Source of the DNA: an uncultured candidate division Zixibacteria bacterium
Lineage (GTDB): Bacteria > Zixibacteria > MSB-5A5 > UBA10806 > 4484-95
NCBI GenBank assembly: GCA_963668625.2
Contig: CAXXKA010000008.1
Coordinates: forward strand, 160,001 to 224,000
Length of the DNA: 64,000 nt
Direction: 5' to 3'
A program made the translations under genes and the position numbers. The notes below the pieces were generated by a model. That model saw only the letters and a list, made by a program, of their open reading frames with translations. It searched no databases and was not told the origin of the DNA. This document shows positions 30,433 to 40,261 of the stretch, piece after piece (position 1 is the first letter of the stretch; every line of letters begins with the position of its first letter).

Positions 30433-31797
30433 ATGAAACTTGACGAATCAATCCGGAGATCTACTAACGGATTTTGTGATCTGGGTATTAACCGTAGATT
30501 AATAACGTTGATCGATAAACTTAATTTCGAAAATCCAACTCCAATCCAAGAAGAATCTATACCGGCCGGTATTCGAGGCGACGATATAATCGCTAATGCT
30601 CGCACAGGTTCCGGCAAAACTCTGGCATTTGGAATTCCGATGATACAGCGCTTGTTGGAAAACAAAAAAGGAAAGGGGCTTATTATAGTCCCGACTCGCG
30701 AACTGGCGATTCAAGTGGCAAAATCACTCCAACCTATTATCCGTTCCTTAAATATCCGCACGGTAGTTCTGATTGGTGGAGTTTCAATATCTTTACAACG
30801 GAATACGCTTGAGAAAAATCCGCGTATTATCATAGCCACCCCGGGGCGCTTAAAGGATCACATCCAAAGAAAGACTGTCAATCTTTCCAATATAGATGTG
30901 TTTGTGTTGGATGAAGCTGATCGTATGCTTGATATGGGTTTTATTCCTGATATCAAGAAAATAATGGAATCTCTTCCCGAAAACCGTCAAACATTACTGT
31001 TCTCGGCAACTATACCGAAAGATGTTGAAGCCATTGCCGAGGAATTCATGAAATTTCCGACCCGAATCGCAGTGGACAGTTCCGGCACAGTACCAACCGA
31101 AGTTAGTCAGGAAATGTTTATCATTAGAGATCAGGATAAAACCCCGCTCCTGGTGGCACATCTAAAATTGTTTTCGGGGCCGGTTCTTGTTTTTACCAGA
31201 ACCAGAAGGAAAGCTCATAAATTGACAGCGAAAGTAAGCGGTTTTGGGTTCACCGCCGCTGAAATCCATTCCAATCGAAGCCTCGCCCAGAGGCATACTG
31301 CTCTGGAAGGATTTAAACGGGGGAAATATCAGGTTCTTATTGCTACCGATATTGCAGCTCGTGGTATTGATGTAGCAGGGATCGCTCTGGTGGTAAACTA
31401 CGATATGCCGGCGAACTCTGAAGATTATATCCACCGTATCGGTCGTACCGGCCGTGCCGGAAAAGTTGGCTGTGCTATTTCCTATGTTACAAACGGTGAA
31501 AAGAGATCTGTTATAAATCTAGAAAGATTCCTGAATACTAAATTAATTATTTCGACTCCGCCGGCCCTGGCCTCCGAGAAACTTTTCATAGAGAAAACTG
31601 ATCAAATGAATTCGAGAAGCAAACCTTCCAACGATGAAAAACTTTCGAAACCAAATTCATCAAATAGTAGCTCTTCAAGACACCGGGGCTACTCAAAGTT
31701 CAATTCCAATAACAACTCTTCGAACGGGAATAAATCAAGGCCGAAAAGATTCAAAAAAACGAATTCAAAACGTAAAAAATCAAAATGCAATGCCTGA
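30433..31797 (+). CDS. DEAD-box RNA helicase (RhlE-like)
   Basis: TGSGKT, PTRELA, TPGRL, DEAD, SAT, ARGID and HRIGRTGR motifs; basic C-terminal tail; start uncertain (track 30307). Confidence 0.92.
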   Translation: MKLDESIRRSTNGFCDLGINRRLITLIDKLNFENPTPIQEESIPAGIRGDDIIANARTGSGKTLAFGIPMIQRLLENKKGKGLIIVPTRELAIQVAKSLQPIIRSLNIRTVVLIGGVSISLQRNTLEKNPRIIIATPGRLKDHIQRKTVNLSNIDVFVLDEADRMLDMGFIPDIKKIMESLPENRQTLLFSATIPKDVEAIAEEFMKFPTRIAVDSSGTVPTEVSQEMFIIRDQDKTPLLVAHLKLFSGPVLVFTRTRRKAHKLTAKVSGFGFTAAEIHSNRSLAQRHTALEGFKRGKYQVLIATDIAARGIDVAGIALVVNYDMPANSEDYIHRIGRTGRAGKVGCAISYVTNGEKRSVINLERFLNTKLIISTPPALASEKLFIEKTDQMNSRSKPSNDEKLSKPNSSNSSSSRHRGYSKFNSNNNSSNGNKSRPKRFKKTNSKRKKSKCNA

Positions 31798-31824
31798 AAC
31801 TAGTTAATCACGATCGATATATTT

Positions 31825-32021
31825 TGAAATGCCCCCCTTTGTCCGGACCAAAAAGGTTAGAATATCTGGCAAGATGGTGATATGATTGTAGCTAAGGAGA
31901 GAATCTTGCCATGAGGAAGAAACGGAGTTTTTCAAAGGAATTTAAGAGATCGATGAGTGGAATAACGGATAACCGCCAGAACATTCTAACCCTGAATGTC
32001 CTAAATTAGGGGTGGAATCCG
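31825..32021 (+). mobile_element. Internally deleted IS3-family remnant or MITE (~197 bp)
   Basis: Imperfect terminal IRs sharing CCCC..GGAC..GGTTAGAAT..TCTGGC; RBS plus MRKKRSFSKEFKR, typical of an IS3 OrfA start. Confidence 0.6.
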
Positions 32022-32227
32022 GATAGTAATTCCTGCTTAATATTGGATTTCTATCAAGCGTGACAGTTTTAATAGAAAAGATATCCCTGAGAATAATATG
32101 TTCTTAGATTGTGTATAGCTTATTATATGCATAACTCGATGAGGTATCAAGCATCAGTGGTAGATTTGAGTGGTATCTGTATTTTGAACGCTGGCCGGTT
32201 AAGTCCCAAGTAAACTTGACTAACGAA

Positions 32228-32935
32228 CTAGATCATCACCCGCCTGATTTTCCCGCCATCTTTAAACACCCAATACGCGTTGGCCGTGCTATCTGATTTA
32301 ATCGCCTCGATTTGGTCCTCGACTATTTTCACGCAGGCGTTATCCTCAATGGCGATACCCAGGATATTCTTTTTGGCCACGAGCCGATCGAAATATTTCT
32401 TGCGGCCTACCTGCGAATCGTAATGTGGCGTGCAGGCGTAATCGAGGAAACCCAGGCCGCGGACATTTGTCCAGCGCGGGTAGTAAGCATCTGAAAGCCC
32501 CCAGCTAAACCAGCAGTTGGCGCCGGCGGAAAGACCGGCCATCACCTTGCCGCTTTTCCACGCCCGTTGAAGGCATCTGTCGACATCGTAAATACGCCAC
32601 ATCCTCATCATGGCCGGGGTCGATCCGCCTCCCACATAGACGAAATCGCAGCGGTCAATCTGACGGCGTACCGAGGCTTTCGAGCGCTGCTTGCCGTAGA
32701 GAAACAGGAAATCAGCCTTGCAGCCAAGCGCCCTCTCATAGATAGTCTCGAACGCCTCGCAATATTCGGGATCCCCCTCCGAGGCGGTAGGGATAAACAG
32801 CGCCTTTAATCTGCGCCGTCGGTTTTTACGCAGCTTATCGGCGGTAAGCACGATTTGCTCATCGATCGGGTAAGTTTCGTAATCATCAAGCTCCCCGCCG
32901 CCGATAGCGAATATGGTTTTGGACGAGTTACTCAT
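32228..32935 (-). CDS. Peptidase E (S51 family)
   Basis: IGGGE, FIPTAS, VYVGGGST, GLSAGA (nucleophile Ser) and PHYD motifs. Confidence 0.88.
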   Translation of the reverse strand: MSNSSKTIFAIGGGELDDYETYPIDEQIVLTADKLRKNRRRRLKALFIPTASEGDPEYCEAFETIYERALGCKADFLFLYGKQRSKASVRRQIDRCDFVYVGGGSTPAMMRMWRIYDVDRCLQRAWKSGKVMAGLSAGANCWFSWGLSDAYYPRWTNVRGLGFLDYACTPHYDSQVGRKKYFDRLVAKKNILGIAIEDNACVKIVEDQIEAIKSDSTANAYWVFKDGGKIRRVMI

Positions 32936-33086
32936 GATGGGGATTATACTGTCAGGATGATGGCGAGGTCAATGATATCATAGGGGAGGGGTGCGGCGTT
33001 GATCGTGTTGATTGCAGCCTAATGATTCTTTCATTGAGCGTCAAGACCGCAGGGGTTTTGGCCTACTCCAACGGCCGCCATACAGA

Positions 33087-33145
33087 ATTAATCACCCCAC
33101 GATAGAATATAATTCTTGACATGTGTGGTGAGGGGAGTATTTTAT
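33087..33145 (+). promoter_or_regulatory. 59-bp promoter-like cassette, copy 2, upstream of the OLD/UvrD pair
   Basis: TTGACA at 33116; near-identical to 4129-4187 (-). Confidence 0.65.
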
Positions 33146-33208
33146 GGGGGAGATTGGGTATGACAGCTCAATTATTTGAAGTTTTGGACATTCATGACCG
33201 GGGGAATA

Positions 33209-35269
33209 ATGTTTATTTCGCAAATTAAAATAAATAACTTTAGAAACTTTAAAAATGAAGTCGTAATAGATTTTAATCCAGGAATCAATGTTATAATAGG
33301 TGAAAATAATTCAGGTAAATCAAACCTTCTTAAAGCACTTTCACTACTGTTTGATTCTAATTCTACAAAGCGATTAGATGTTGACGATTTTAACAAAAAC
33401 ACTTCAATTGAATGCTTAAAAAGAGAACCACCTAAAGTAACAATAACAGCTTTAATTGATGAATCACAAAATGAAGAAAAATACTCAGATGATTTAGTTA
33501 CGGTATCAACGTGGTTAATTCAATTAGAAAAGCCTTATAAAGCTCAGATAACATATATATTTTCACTCCCAGAGAAGGAACATGATGATTATAGAACATC
33601 CATGAATAAGAGCAATGGTAATGATATTGAAGATTATTGGAGATTAATTAAATATAAGTTTATTAGAAAATATATATATAAACTATATGTTGGTAATCCT
33701 GAATTTGAGAATGTATTGGACTCAGATTCTATAAGTAAATTTGATTTCCAATTTTTAGATGCCATTAGAGATGTTGAAAGAGATTTATTTACAGGAAAAA
33801 ATACTCTTCTTAGAGAAGTATTAGATTTCTTTATGGACTATGATATTAAAATATCCGGCAAAGATAATAGCGAGCAACAAGAAGAGATTGATAAGAGAAA
33901 GAATGAATTTTCGGAAAATGCTAAAGTCCTAGTAGATAAACTAAAGAAACGTATGGTTGATGGTAAAAATGAAATGCTTGAATATGCCAGCTCAACAGGT
34001 GCTTCTATAAGTAACTCGATGTTAGATTTTGACGGTCATATTCTTGACACAGAATTGTACTCTGCATTAAAACTAATATTAGAATATGAAACAGGGATAA
34101 AGATACCAGCTTCAAGAAATGGCTTAGGATATAACAATTTAATTTATATATCATTATTATTAGCCAAAATGCAAAAAGACGCTAGAGGGGATTATTTAGG
34201 TAGTAATGCTAAAATATTCCCTATTCTGGCTATCGAGGAACCAGAGGCACATTTACATCCATCGATGCAATACAAGTTTTTGAAGTTTCTAAAAGATAAT
34301 CAGAAAGATAAGGCAAGGCAGATATTTATAACTACTCATTCGCCCAATATAGCATCTGCAGTTGATTTAGATGAGATACTAATATTGCAATCCAAAGATA
34401 ATGAAAACATAAAAGTATCATATCCTGGTTTAGTGTTGTCTGGGGATGAGAATAAATCGTCAAAGGCTTATGTTAGAAGATTCCTTGATGTTACAAAATC
34501 TGATATGCTTTTCGCAAAAAGAATTATATTTGTTGAGGGGATTGCAGAACAATTATTAGTATCGATATTTGCAAAGATACAGGGTATTAATATTGAAGAT
34601 AAACATATTGCTATAATTAATGTAGGTGGAAGATATTTTGACCATTTTTTAAAATTATTTTGTAACCATGATAATGGTATTTATAAAAAAGTAGCATGCT
34701 TAACTGATTTAGATCCAATGATGAGGAAAGACGGTGGAAGCTTTGAGGCTTGTTATCCTTTTGAATTAAATACTGAAGATGGTTGTGAATATAAATCTTA
34801 TTCAAATGATTTAGTTGATAAGGATTTCCCTGGTGGAAATGTACGAGTATTTAGTCAAGAAAAAGGAAGAGGGAAAACATTTGAATATGAATTGGTTTTA
34901 GCTAATCCTTGTTGTGATTTCCTAATAACTGATAGTTTACATAATAGCGCAGAAATTGCTGATTTGATGAATTCATATAATGATGATAAATCAATAATGG
35001 AAATGCTAGAAATATTGAGTGATACCGGTGTTGAAAGCAAACGTATTAGAGATGGTATGTTAAAATTAAAAACTGGTGATTGGGAGGAAGGTGAAATAAA
35101 AAAGCATCTTATTGCTGCGCGTTACTTAAATTCTGTCAACAAGGGTGAAAACGCTCTTGAGATTGCAAGCAAATTAGAAGAGAAACTAGGCAATCTCAAG
35201 GAAGGAGAAAACGTGGCATTTAACGTACCCAACTATATAAAAGACGCTCTATTATGGATAACGGAATAG
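33209..35269 (+). CDS. OLD-family ATP-dependent nuclease (ABC ATPase + TOPRIM), GajA-like
   Basis: IKINNFRNF, GENNSGKS, IEEPEAHLHP, TTHSP, FVEGIAE and TDLD motifs. Confidence 0.9.
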   Translation: MFISQIKINNFRNFKNEVVIDFNPGINVIIGENNSGKSNLLKALSLLFDSNSTKRLDVDDFNKNTSIECLKREPPKVTITALIDESQNEEKYSDDLVTVSTWLIQLEKPYKAQITYIFSLPEKEHDDYRTSMNKSNGNDIEDYWRLIKYKFIRKYIYKLYVGNPEFENVLDSDSISKFDFQFLDAIRDVERDLFTGKNTLLREVLDFFMDYDIKISGKDNSEQQEEIDKRKNEFSENAKVLVDKLKKRMVDGKNEMLEYASSTGASISNSMLDFDGHILDTELYSALKLILEYETGIKIPASRNGLGYNNLIYISLLLAKMQKDARGDYLGSNAKIFPILAIEEPEAHLHPSMQYKFLKFLKDNQKDKARQIFITTHSPNIASAVDLDEILILQSKDNENIKVSYPGLVLSGDENKSSKAYVRRFLDVTKSDMLFAKRIIFVEGIAEQLLVSIFAKIQGINIEDKHIAIINVGGRYFDHFLKLFCNHDNGIYKKVACLTDLDPMMRKDGGSFEACYPFELNTEDGCEYKSYSNDLVDKDFPGGNVRVFSQEKGRGKTFEYELVLANPCCDFLITDSLHNSAEIADLMNSYNDDKSIMEMLEILSDTGVESKRIRDGMLKLKTGDWEEGEIKKHLIAARYLNSVNKGENALEIASKLEEKLGNLKEGENVAFNVPNYIKDALLWITE

Positions 35270-37044
35270 ATACAATAACTCTTAAAGACTCCGATGAATT
35301 GCTTAATGATATTGAGCATCATTTTAAGCTTATTGCCGGCCCCGGTGCGGGTAAAACGCGTTGGTTGACTAATCATATAAAAAATGTCCTTCATAATTCT
35401 AAAAGGTTAAAAAAATGTAGGAAAATTGCTTCTATTACATATACAAATGTCGGGGTTAATACAATTCGTGAGAGGCTTGGCGAAGTATCCGAGCATGTTG
35501 AAGTAGCTACTATTCATAGTTTCCTTTATAAACACATTGTCAAACCTTACATATTTTTACTTGCTGATGAATATAATATTAATGTTGCCCTAATTGATGG
35601 CCATGATGAACATATCGTTCGAATTAAAAAAGTAAAAGAATGGATAAGTAATAATATTAGACAACTCCGATACCTTTATAAGGATTTAGATTTAACTAAA
35701 CAACACTTAGCCAATTTATCTTGGTATTATGAAGAAGATGATTGTTTATTAAAGGTGAGAGATCATAAGGACTATAATAAACGATTCAAATTGGATGATG
35801 GAAGCCAATTGCCTTTTATTTTAGATTATAAAAAGCATCAGCAAATATATTTTCAGTATAAACAAACTTACTGGGGAGATGGCATTATAGACCATGAAGA
35901 TGTGCTCTTTTTTAGTTTTCAATTAATTAATAGATTTGAGGAAGTTAGAAGGATATTGAGGTCAAAGTTCCCTTATTTTTTTTTAGATGAATTTCAGGAT
36001 ACGCATCCGATTCAGACTAGCATAATATATAGATTAGCTGAAGATGAAACTATTATAGGTGTTATTGGAGACGATGCTCAGTCTATATACGGTTTTCAGG
36101 GTGCTGATCTTGAACAGTTCAGGAATTTTTCTTTGCCAAGTATTAAGATTTATAAAATAGAAAATAATCATCGAAGCACAAATGATATAATAAAAGTACT
36201 AAATCATATGAGGGATGATCTTGTACAAAAAAACATTGAAGATAAAACCGGAAGAAGGCCAACCTTAGTTATAGGAGAAATTCCAAGAACGATCAAGAGA
36301 GTTGAAAAATTAGTAAATAATGATCTATTTAGTCTAAGTTATGCCAACGTCACCGCAAATGAAATGAAATATGGAATAAACAGGCCGACAGGCGGTGGTA
36401 TTTATGATATTTTTAATGATAGTAATTATTCTAGAATGAAATTAATGATAGCGGCTATTAATGCTGTGGAATATGCAAGATATAATCAATTTCGAGATTC
36501 GATTAAATCATTATCTAATCGTTTAAAAATTCAAGATAAATTTAAAAGGAATAGCTTAGCTTTATCAATAGTGAAAGCATTATTAAATGAGTATAACTCT
36601 TTCAGATCTGTCAAGCTTATTAGTTTTTATAATATTTTTAAAGATACATATGAAAAGTATTCAATTGATAAAGTGCCATCTCTTAGAAACAATACAAAGC
36701 CATATGAATTTTATAATTCCATTACTTATAAAGAAGTCGCTTTGTACGTTAGATTCAATGAAGAAGAAAGCAGGCATAGAACTATCCATAAATCAAAAGG
36801 TGAAAATCTGAAAAATGTTTTAGTTGTGGTTAGAGGTAAGTTTGGGAGAGAATTCGATGAAACAGATGATTTAAGCTTTCTTTTAGTGCCTAACTTAAAC
36901 GACGAAAATCATCGAGTCTATTACGTCGCCATGAGCCGAGCTGAGGAAAATTTATTTATTAATGTTCCTTCTTTAACGGATGGTAGTAAAGAAAAGCTTC
37001 GGGAAATAGGATTCGATATAATGGATATTGGTCAAACAGGTTAA
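35254..37044 (+). CDS. UvrD/Rep SF1 helicase, GajB-like
   Basis: AGPGAGKT, ITYTN, TIHSF, DEFQDT, GDDAQSIYGF, NHRS, TIHKSKG and YVAMSRA motifs; overlaps the OLD gene. Confidence 0.9.
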   Translation: MDNGIDTITLKDSDELLNDIEHHFKLIAGPGAGKTRWLTNHIKNVLHNSKRLKKCRKIASITYTNVGVNTIRERLGEVSEHVEVATIHSFLYKHIVKPYIFLLADEYNINVALIDGHDEHIVRIKKVKEWISNNIRQLRYLYKDLDLTKQHLANLSWYYEEDDCLLKVRDHKDYNKRFKLDDGSQLPFILDYKKHQQIYFQYKQTYWGDGIIDHEDVLFFSFQLINRFEEVRRILRSKFPYFFLDEFQDTHPIQTSIIYRLAEDETIIGVIGDDAQSIYGFQGADLEQFRNFSLPSIKIYKIENNHRSTNDIIKVLNHMRDDLVQKNIEDKTGRRPTLVIGEIPRTIKRVEKLVNNDLFSLSYANVTANEMKYGINRPTGGGIYDIFNDSNYSRMKLMIAAINAVEYARYNQFRDSIKSLSNRLKIQDKFKRNSLALSIVKALLNEYNSFRSVKLISFYNIFKDTYEKYSIDKVPSLRNNTKPYEFYNSITYKEVALYVRFNEEESRHRTIHKSKGENLKNVLVVVRGKFGREFDETDDLSFLLVPNLNDENHRVYYVAMSRAEENLFINVPSLTDGSKEKLREIGFDIMDIGQTG

Positions 37045-37146
37045 CCGCCCCCCATAAAAAACCCCAACCGCAATCTTGCTTTTCTCCCCGAAATCTGTTA
37101 TATATCACCCCTTAAATGACGATATCAACTTAAACTGGAAAAACTT

Positions 37147-38544
37147 ATGGATTATTACAAACGAATCAAAATCGCCCAAATTCTCAAACAGGCCGATAAG
37201 GCCGTCGATGATGCCATCGTTTTAGGCTGGGTGCGCACCCGGGCCGATAAACCCAATATGACCTTTTTGCAGGTCAATGATGGCAGCACACTTAATAATC
37301 TGCAGATATTCGTGGAAAATCCCGAACGGTTCGCTGATATCGAGAAGATGAAAACCGGCAGCTCGATCCGCGCCCAGGGCAAACTCGTGCCCGCCCCGGA
37401 TCGTCCGCATAAGATAGAACTTCACCCGGAAAGCCTGACATTATTAGGCGAGTGCCCCTCCGATTACCCGATGCAGAAGAAACGTCACTCGTTCGAGTAC
37501 CTTCGCGAGATAGCTCATCTGAGGCCCCGCTCCAACACGTTTGGGGTGATCAACCGGTTCCGCTCCAAGATGGCTTACGCGGTGCATAAATTTTTCCAGG
37601 ACAGGGATTTTTACTACATCCACTCGCCCATAATCACGGCCACTGATGCCGAGGGCGCCGGCGAGACATTCCGGGTAACCTCGCTTGATATGAAGAACCT
37701 GCCCATGGCCGAGGGCGCTATCGATTACAACGAGGACTTTTTCGGCATGGAGACATTCCTGTCGGTATCGGGACAGCTCGAGGCCGAGATACTGGCTACG
37801 GCAATCGGGGATGTTTACACGTTCGCGCCCACTTTCCGCGCCGAGAACTCCAACACCAGCCGTCACCTGAGCGAGTTCTGGATGATCGAGCCGGAGATGG
37901 CGTTCTGCGACCTGTTCGAGGATATGACCTTAGCCGGTGAGTTCCTCAAGTACCTGTTCCAGTTCGGACTCGAGAACTGTGCCGAGGAGATGGCGTTTTT
38001 CGACAAGTGGATTGACAAGGACCACATCCGGATAAAGACCCTGGAGAAAGTGATCAACACCGATTTCATCCAGTGCGAATACGGCGAGGCGGTGGATATA
38101 CTGATGAAGGCCAAAAAGAAATTCGAGTTCCCGGTTAGCTGGGGAACCGATTTGCAGTCCGAACACGAGCGATATCTGTGCGAGGAGTATTTCAACGCGC
38201 CGGTGATGGTGTACAACTATCCCCGCGATATCAAGGCGTTCTACATGCGCGTAAACGATGATGAGAAAACCGTAGCGGCCGTGGATGTCCTGGTGCCGCT
38301 GGTGGGCGAGATTATCGGTGGCTCCCAGCGCGAGGAGCGTTTCGATGTGTTGGAGAGCCAGATCGAGAAGTTCAATATCCGCAAGGACACGGTTGACTGG
38401 TATCTCGATTTGCGTCGATTCGGCACGGTACCGCATGCCGGTTTCGGGCTGGGGTTTGCGCGGGTACTGATGTATATGTCGGGGATGACCAATATCCGTG
38501 ATGTCATCCCGTTCCCGAGAGTGCCCCGCTGGGCCAAGTTTTAG
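37147..38544 (+). CDS. asnS: Asparagine--tRNA ligase
   Basis: GWVRT, NDGS, AHLRPRSN, FRAENSNTSRHL, EIIGGSQRE and PHAGFGLG motifs. Confidence 0.96.
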   Translation: MDYYKRIKIAQILKQADKAVDDAIVLGWVRTRADKPNMTFLQVNDGSTLNNLQIFVENPERFADIEKMKTGSSIRAQGKLVPAPDRPHKIELHPESLTLLGECPSDYPMQKKRHSFEYLREIAHLRPRSNTFGVINRFRSKMAYAVHKFFQDRDFYYIHSPIITATDAEGAGETFRVTSLDMKNLPMAEGAIDYNEDFFGMETFLSVSGQLEAEILATAIGDVYTFAPTFRAENSNTSRHLSEFWMIEPEMAFCDLFEDMTLAGEFLKYLFQFGLENCAEEMAFFDKWIDKDHIRIKTLEKVINTDFIQCEYGEAVDILMKAKKKFEFPVSWGTDLQSEHERYLCEEYFNAPVMVYNYPRDIKAFYMRVNDDEKTVAAVDVLVPLVGEIIGGSQREERFDVLESQIEKFNIRKDTVDWYLDLRRFGTVPHAGFGLGFARVLMYMSGMTNIRDVIPFPRVPRWAKF

Positions 38545-38583
38545 GGGTAAAGTATTGTCAAAAAATCCATAAAAAGAATTATC

Positions 38584-39339
38584 TTAAAGCTTAACTTTGC
38601 TTAACGAAAACAAAGCGAAAGATAACGCGACTATAGTGACAATAAATAGAATTAATAATTGCAGCAGATAGTCGGCAGGAAGGTTATTCAAATAACATCC
38701 GCGGAATAAATTGCAGATATAAGTCAGCGGATTAATTAGCGCTATCCAGCGAATAACTGCCGGCATCCTGTCGATCCCATAATACATCGAACTGGCAAAT
38801 GTCAACGGTAGGGATACCAGGGTTATCACTACCGCCCGCACATCCTCGCGAGGCAAGTATATACCACCGATCATGCCCAGTGAAAACCAGATACCCGCGC
38901 CTAAAATTAGTGTTATGATAAAAATAGCACTATTAAATAAAGTAACTTCAGGCAAGTTTTTAGCTAGTATGACAGCAATCATCATTATGAGTAATATCTT
39001 TATCAGGGTCAGACAAAACTGAAAAATGTATTTGCCCCAGAAATACCCCGTTAACGAGGCTTTAGACATAGCGATAACCGATAATATACCCGTGCGTGAA
39101 TCCAGCGATAAAAAAGAAAAACTGGTACCGAAAAGGAAAAAAGTCATATAACCGAACAAGCCAGGAGCAAAAAATTCTATATAGCTGACTTGCGAATCAG
39201 CCATGGCTATTTTGCCGATATTTCCCGATAGCGCCGTGGCAAATAACAATATCATAAATACCGGCGTCGCAAAATGCGAAACGGCGCCGAATATGCTGCT
39301 AAAAGTAACTTTTATTTCCCGCCAAATTATAGCATTCAT
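38584..39339 (-). CDS. ABC-2 type exporter permease (RiPP cluster)
   Basis: Six TM helices; SYIEFFAPG and INPLTY motifs. Confidence 0.85.
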   Translation of the reverse strand: MNAIIWREIKVTFSSIFGAVSHFATPVFMILLFATALSGNIGKIAMADSQVSYIEFFAPGLFGYMTFFLFGTSFSFLSLDSRTGILSVIAMSKASLTGYFWGKYIFQFCLTLIKILLIMMIAVILAKNLPEVTLFNSAIFIITLILGAGIWFSLGMIGGIYLPREDVRAVVITLVSLPLTFASSMYYGIDRMPAVIRWIALINPLTYICNLFRGCYLNNLPADYLLQLLILFIVTIVALSFALFSLSKVKL

Positions 39340-39341
39340 GA

Positions 39342-40250
39342 TTACTCTCCCTTAACCGCTCTGAACACATCTATAAGCGATGGTTTTTCTACATTCACTC
39401 CCGTTATAGCGCCAAATTCACCAAGCTTGCTTAGAAGAGGTCGAAGATCAAAATTAACATCATCCACATGAATTGTGACACAACCATTTTTATGGCTGAT
39501 CGGATAACCTAATTTTTGCATCAATGATTCATCTATCGATTGTTCGAAAGTGACTTTGATTTGCCGGCCTGCAGCCTGGTTTTTTAATTGATCGGGTGTG
39601 CCGATTTTAATAAGTTTCCCCTGCTGGAGAAAGCCAATCCTATCCGCTAAGCTCTCAGCCTCAGCCATATCATTCGTACATAGAATGACTGTCCATTTAT
39701 TCTCTCGTGTATACTTTTTTATCATATCCCAAATTTTAAACTTACCGACAACATCAACACCCAGGGTAGGTTCATCAAAAATTACTACCGGTCTATCCGA
39801 TAGAAAGCAGCGGGCAAGCTGCAATCTTCTCACCTGGCCACCTGATAGAGTCATTACATTAGCATATTTTTTTTCGGCTAAATCGAATTCACTTAATATC
39901 TCATCAGCCAGTTTATGCCATTTTTTCATATCTATTTGTTCGAGTCTGGCATAGAACTTAAGATTATCATAAACCGAAAGGAAAGCATCAATGGCGGCCC
40001 CCTGTGACATCAGAGTGATTGCCCGGCGAATATCTTTATAGTCGCGGATTAAATCCTTTCCCAATATCGTGGCGTTTCCGGATGTGGGCTTTTGCAACGT
40101 AGTTAATAAATTAACGGTTGTGGATTTACCGGCGCCATTGGCTCCCAGAAAAGTGAATATCTCTCCCTGTTCGATACTTATAGATAGGTCATTAATAGCC
40201 TGGATTTTACCATAGTGTTTGCATAGATGCTCGGTTTTAATTACTATCAC
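39342..40250 (-). CDS. ABC exporter ATP-binding protein (RiPP cluster)
   Basis: GANGAGKST, LSGGQ and DEPT motifs. Confidence 0.9.
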   Translation of the reverse strand: MIVIKTEHLCKHYGKIQAINDLSISIEQGEIFTFLGANGAGKSTTVNLLTTLQKPTSGNATILGKDLIRDYKDIRRAITLMSQGAAIDAFLSVYDNLKFYARLEQIDMKKWHKLADEILSEFDLAEKKYANVMTLSGGQVRRLQLARCFLSDRPVVIFDEPTLGVDVVGKFKIWDMIKKYTRENKWTVILCTNDMAEAESLADRIGFLQQGKLIKIGTPDQLKNQAAGRQIKVTFEQSIDESLMQKLGYPISHKNGCVTIHVDDVNFDLRPLLSKLGEFGAITGVNVEKPSLIDVFRAVKGE

Positions 40251-40261
40251 GTTAGTCTCCT

